From positions 634,765 through 698,764 of the forward strand of contig JAWQFM010000007.1 in NCBI GenBank assembly GCA_033442325.1: 64,000 nt of DNA. Direction: 5' to 3'. This document shows, piece after piece, positions 56,080-64,000 of this stretch. Made by a program: the position numbers and the translations under genes. How positions within the stretch are numbered: the stretch's first letter is position 1; each line of letters starts with the position of its first letter. The DNA is from Salpingoeca rosetta. Lineage: Eukaryota > Protista > Choanoflagellata. The notes beneath the pieces were generated by a model, which ran no database searches, had not been told where the DNA came from, and saw nothing but the letters and a program-made list of their open reading frames with translations.

Positions 56080-56611
56080 GACTTGGGCGTGACATGAGGG
56101 AGGTGCATATGTGCACCATTGCATCTTGACGCTGTGGATTTGGTTGCCATTGTCCTGTCTGCTCTGATGATTTGTTACGTTATGTTACAGCGAAGCATGA
56201 ATGTGTTGACTGTTTGGGGGGTTTTTGGTTGAGCTTTCCGTCGCATTTGTTGTTGCATTCCTCTCTTCTTCTTGGTCTTGATAACGAAATGTACAATACA
56301 CATAGAAGCCAATCATCCCGCCTCTCAGCCAAGCAAAAGGGTCAGGCAGTCAACATGGTAAACGCCACGTGCCACTGAACACAGCCCAGGAGGTGAGGGC
56401 AAGAGCAGTGTCGTGCCATTTGCGCTGGTAACATGGAATGAGCGCGCGAAACAGGTGCATGGGGTGTTGGTTGGAGGAGGTGTGTTGATTGAGCGAGCGA
56501 CAAGCCACAAGGGTCGCAATCACATCGTGCAGTTAACTAGTACTTAGACGACAGAAACGGTTATGAGAATGGCGGAAAGAAGAAATTCGTCTTGTGCATG
56601 TGTATTGTGCA

Positions 56612-56643
<32 letters not shown>

Positions 56644-56705
56644 TGTTGTGCATGTGTGGGTGGGTGCGTTGATTGGGTTGGAGTGTGGTGATTGGTGTTG
56701 TGATG

Positions 56706-61284
<4,579 letters not shown>

Positions 61285-61579
61285 CGTCGTCGTTGTCTTT
61301 CAATTCCTTTTGTTTTTGTGCAAAGTGTGTGTGTTCTTCTGACTCACTTCGCTCTCTCTTTTCTGTCTCTCTCACACTCTCGCAGAAAGCAGCAGCTTGC
61401 TTGTTGTGACTTGTGGCATTCGTTTGACACCTCCTTGGCTCGTTTATGCGATGACAGACGCGCGCGAGTCACACATGGTGTGGGCTCGCCGCGGACGGCA
61501 CAACAACAAAGGGAACCAGCAAGGAGAGCTCAGCCACAGGGAACAGAGAGAGGGACAACAGACAAAGAGGGGTGGATGC

Positions 61580-62684
61580 TTAGTCGAAGAGCGAGAAGCC
61601 GTCCATGTCGTCGTCAGACTCCTCCTCGGGCTCGGGCTCCTTCTCCTCCTCCTGGAATTGCATCAAACAGCAACAAGAGCATCGTGGGTGAGCACATGCG
61701 AGTGACAAAAGGCGGGAAACAACTCAAGTCGACCATGGCCTCGGCAGCCACGTGCAGAAACATGTAGGCGTCAAGTGCACATACCCTTGCCGCACACAGC
61801 GCCATCACGAAACATTCCCTCAAAATAGACACACACAACCACGCACCTTGGACTCCTCGGCAGCACCACCGGTGGCGGCAGGGGCGGCGACGGCGGGGCC
61901 AGAGGCAGAGCCAATGTTGGAGATGATGTCCTTGACGTCCTTGCCCTCAAGAGCCTTGGCGAAGAGGCTGGGCCAGTACTTCTCAACCTCTGCATTGGTG
62001 TCAGTCAATGTTAAGCACGTGAAGAAATGGTGGCGTTCGTGTGTGTGAGCATGTGTGCAGCAATGGACGTAGGAGAGGTAGAGAGACAGGGTGAGAGAAG
62101 GCGAGGCCAGGCATAGACGAGCAAACAAGCACTGCAAGAGGGAGTGAGGTTGCTCACACACGTGCCGTGAAAGAGGCTGAGTACGTACCGACGTTGGCGG
62201 TGTCAATGAGGGTGGCGATCTTGTCAGCCTGCACACACACACACACAAAAAGAAAGTGTAAAGCAAACAGGACACGTCCATCAACAAGGAGCGAGCGAGA
62301 TACCACATGTGTGAGTGCAAGGCACAGCAGACATGGGTTGTGCACAGTCGTGGGTTGTGGTGTGAGGCTTGTTTGCATCCATGCAAAACAACACAGCAAA
62401 GGCGCCAAGCAAACACACACACACACAAACAACCACATGGAAGCGGGTTCAGTGTGTGTGCAGCCCACCACAGCTATCATCAATCAAGCAACATTGGGCA
62501 CGTGCGACTGCAGCCACCAGCAGTCACCACAACCACCACTCGATATGAGCACAAGTCGCACACGACCGCCGCGCACACTGTTCACACGAGTCTGCTTTTT
62601 GTCTTCCCCACGCACCGTGATCTCAATGCCGTCATCCGCGAGGATGAGGGAGGCGTACACACAAGCCAGCTCGGACGAACTCAT
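61580..62684 (-). CDS. RPLP1: 60S acidic ribosomal protein P1 (4 exons)
   Basis: Exons 62684-62616, 62228-62189, 61989-61847 and 61651-61580 give [64 protein letters not shown]...[15 protein letters not shown]. Confidence 0.97.
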
Positions 62685-63109
62685 CTCTGCGTTAGATGTG
62701 TGGATGGGAACGATTTAACCGAGGTGTTGAAGGTCTGTGTGGATCAAAGGCGACGGAAAGTGGGATTCACGGTGTTCGCGTGGAAAAAGGCACACTCACA
62801 CGCGCACCCGCTGCTGCTGCTGCTGTTCTTGTGGCTGCTGGGCGAGAGTTATGATGGTTCTATGTATTGCGGCAAATCTGCGACATTTTCATATAATCAT
62901 CCACAGTATGTGGATTGTTAGGTGATGATTTGCTCCAATTTTCCTCTCGTACCTCAGTATCCACCGTTCGCTCGCCTAATGCGTCTCCCAGTGGGGATCC
63001 GTGTGCACTGCCTCGTGTTCAAGCAGCAAAAGGCTGCTGTATTCATTCACCCTTCTGCCAGCTGCTCATCCTGCTGCCCCTGATCCCTCTCACACACACA
63101 AGAGACACA
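62685..63109. promoter_or_regulatory. Putative bidirectional promoter shared by RPLP1 and RPL3
   Basis: About 425 bp between divergent start codons. A relatively AT-rich core with ATATAA (62891-62896) and the inverted repeat ATCCACA-GTA-TGTGGAT (62899-62915) sits at the midpoint. Confidence 0.6.
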
Positions 63110-64000
63110 ATGTGAGTTGTGGTTGTTGTGGGTTGTTCACTGGTGCCATCAAGAAGGGGGTTGTGTCGCCGTGGCCCTGCTGATCTTGGACTGCCTTCTT
63201 GCTTGCACGAGTGACATGCACATGTACACAACATACTCACACACACACACGTACAACACCACACCACAACACACACGTACAACACACAACCACTCACATG
63301 CACTCACACACACACACACAACCACTCTCACATGCACACCCACTCACAACCACTCACAACCACTACGCCTCACTCAAACACACCGCCACAGGTCCCACCG
63401 CAAGTTCCGCGCGCCCCGCCACGGTTCTCTCGGCTTCCTGCCGAAGAAGCGCACGAAGCATCATCGCGGCCGCGTCCGCTCCTTCCCGCGCGACAACAAG
63501 GAGGACAAGCCCCACCTGACGGCCTTCATCGGCTACAAGGCCGGCATGACCCACATTGTGCGCGAGATGGACCGCACAGGCTCCAAGGCGCACAAGAAGG
63601 AGGTCGTCGAGGCCGTGACCGTTGTCGAGACCCCGCCCATGGTCGGCGTCGGCATCGTCGGCTACGTCGAGACCCCGCGCGGCCTGCGCCAGCTCACCAC
63701 CGTCTTCGCCGGCAACATGTCCGAGACGTGCATGCGCCGCTTCTACAAGAACTACGTCAAGAGCAAGAAGAAGCAGTTCTCCAAGTACTTTGCGCGCCTC
63801 AAGACCGAGGAGGGCAAGAAGAACTTTGAGGACCAGCTGCGCCGCCTGGCCAAGTACTGCACCGTCATCCGCGTCATTGCCCACACCAAGATTGACGTGC
63901 TCAACCTGCGCCAGAAGAGGGCCCACATCATGGAGATCCAGGTCAACGGCGGCACCCCCCGCGGAGAGGTCGCCTTTGCCAAGGGGCTCCTCGAGCAGGA
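63110..64000 (+). CDS. RPL3: 60S ribosomal protein L3 (uL3), 5' portion; truncated by window end
   Basis: AT (63110-63111), intron 63112-63391, then G TCC CAC CGC gives [21 protein letters not shown]...[18 protein letters not shown]...[32 protein letters not shown]...[12 protein letters not shown]. Confidence 0.97.

Noticed and set aside
62445-62490. TGATGA...CTGA on the minus strand in RPLP1 intron 1
   Set aside because: The boxes are only about 30 nt apart with no terminal stem or rRNA complementarity; too short for a C/D snoRNA.
63363-63926. 187-aa minus-strand ORF and 165-aa off-frame plus ORF
   Set aside because: Shadows of the strongly codon-biased RPL3 exon.

Overview
Eukaryotic, intron-rich genomic window. 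Short introns are packed with (CA)n/(GT)n microsatellites and there are two 100-N scaffold gaps. Gene content and intron style are most consistent with a choanoflagellate such as Salpingoeca rosetta (inference). About 14 protein-coding genes can be assembled by hand-splicing exons: a coiled-coil hypothetical (-), a signal-peptide ankyrin-repeat protein ending in HDEL (+), a PTB-like/REM/CDC25 RasGEF (-), a Crinkler-like REase+kinase protein (-), V-ATPase subunit E (+), a 2-oxoglutarate dehydrogenase E1 with an EF-hand-like insertion (+), a small Cys-rich hypothetical (+), an intronless TIR-ARM protein (-), GPR155/LYCHOS (-), a TPR-GT61 glycosyltransferase ending in HDEL (+), SIKE/FGFR1OP2 (+), a bMERB-like/PH/coiled-coil protein (-), RPLP1 (-) and the 5' part of RPL3 (+). 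The clearest non-coding signal is five near-identical 96-nt box C/D snoRNAs of the U24/snR24 family inside ATP6V1E introns. Four lie in one intron, three of them as a 178-bp tandem array that superficially mimics CRISPR. Other highlights are a recurrent 5'-(GT)n...(AC)n-3' intron architecture that could base-pair across introns, and an immune-like TIR-ARM gene. Most ORF-track entries (HT/CV/SL/ER repeats) are microsatellite artefacts. All family assignments are from recalled motifs, not database searches.
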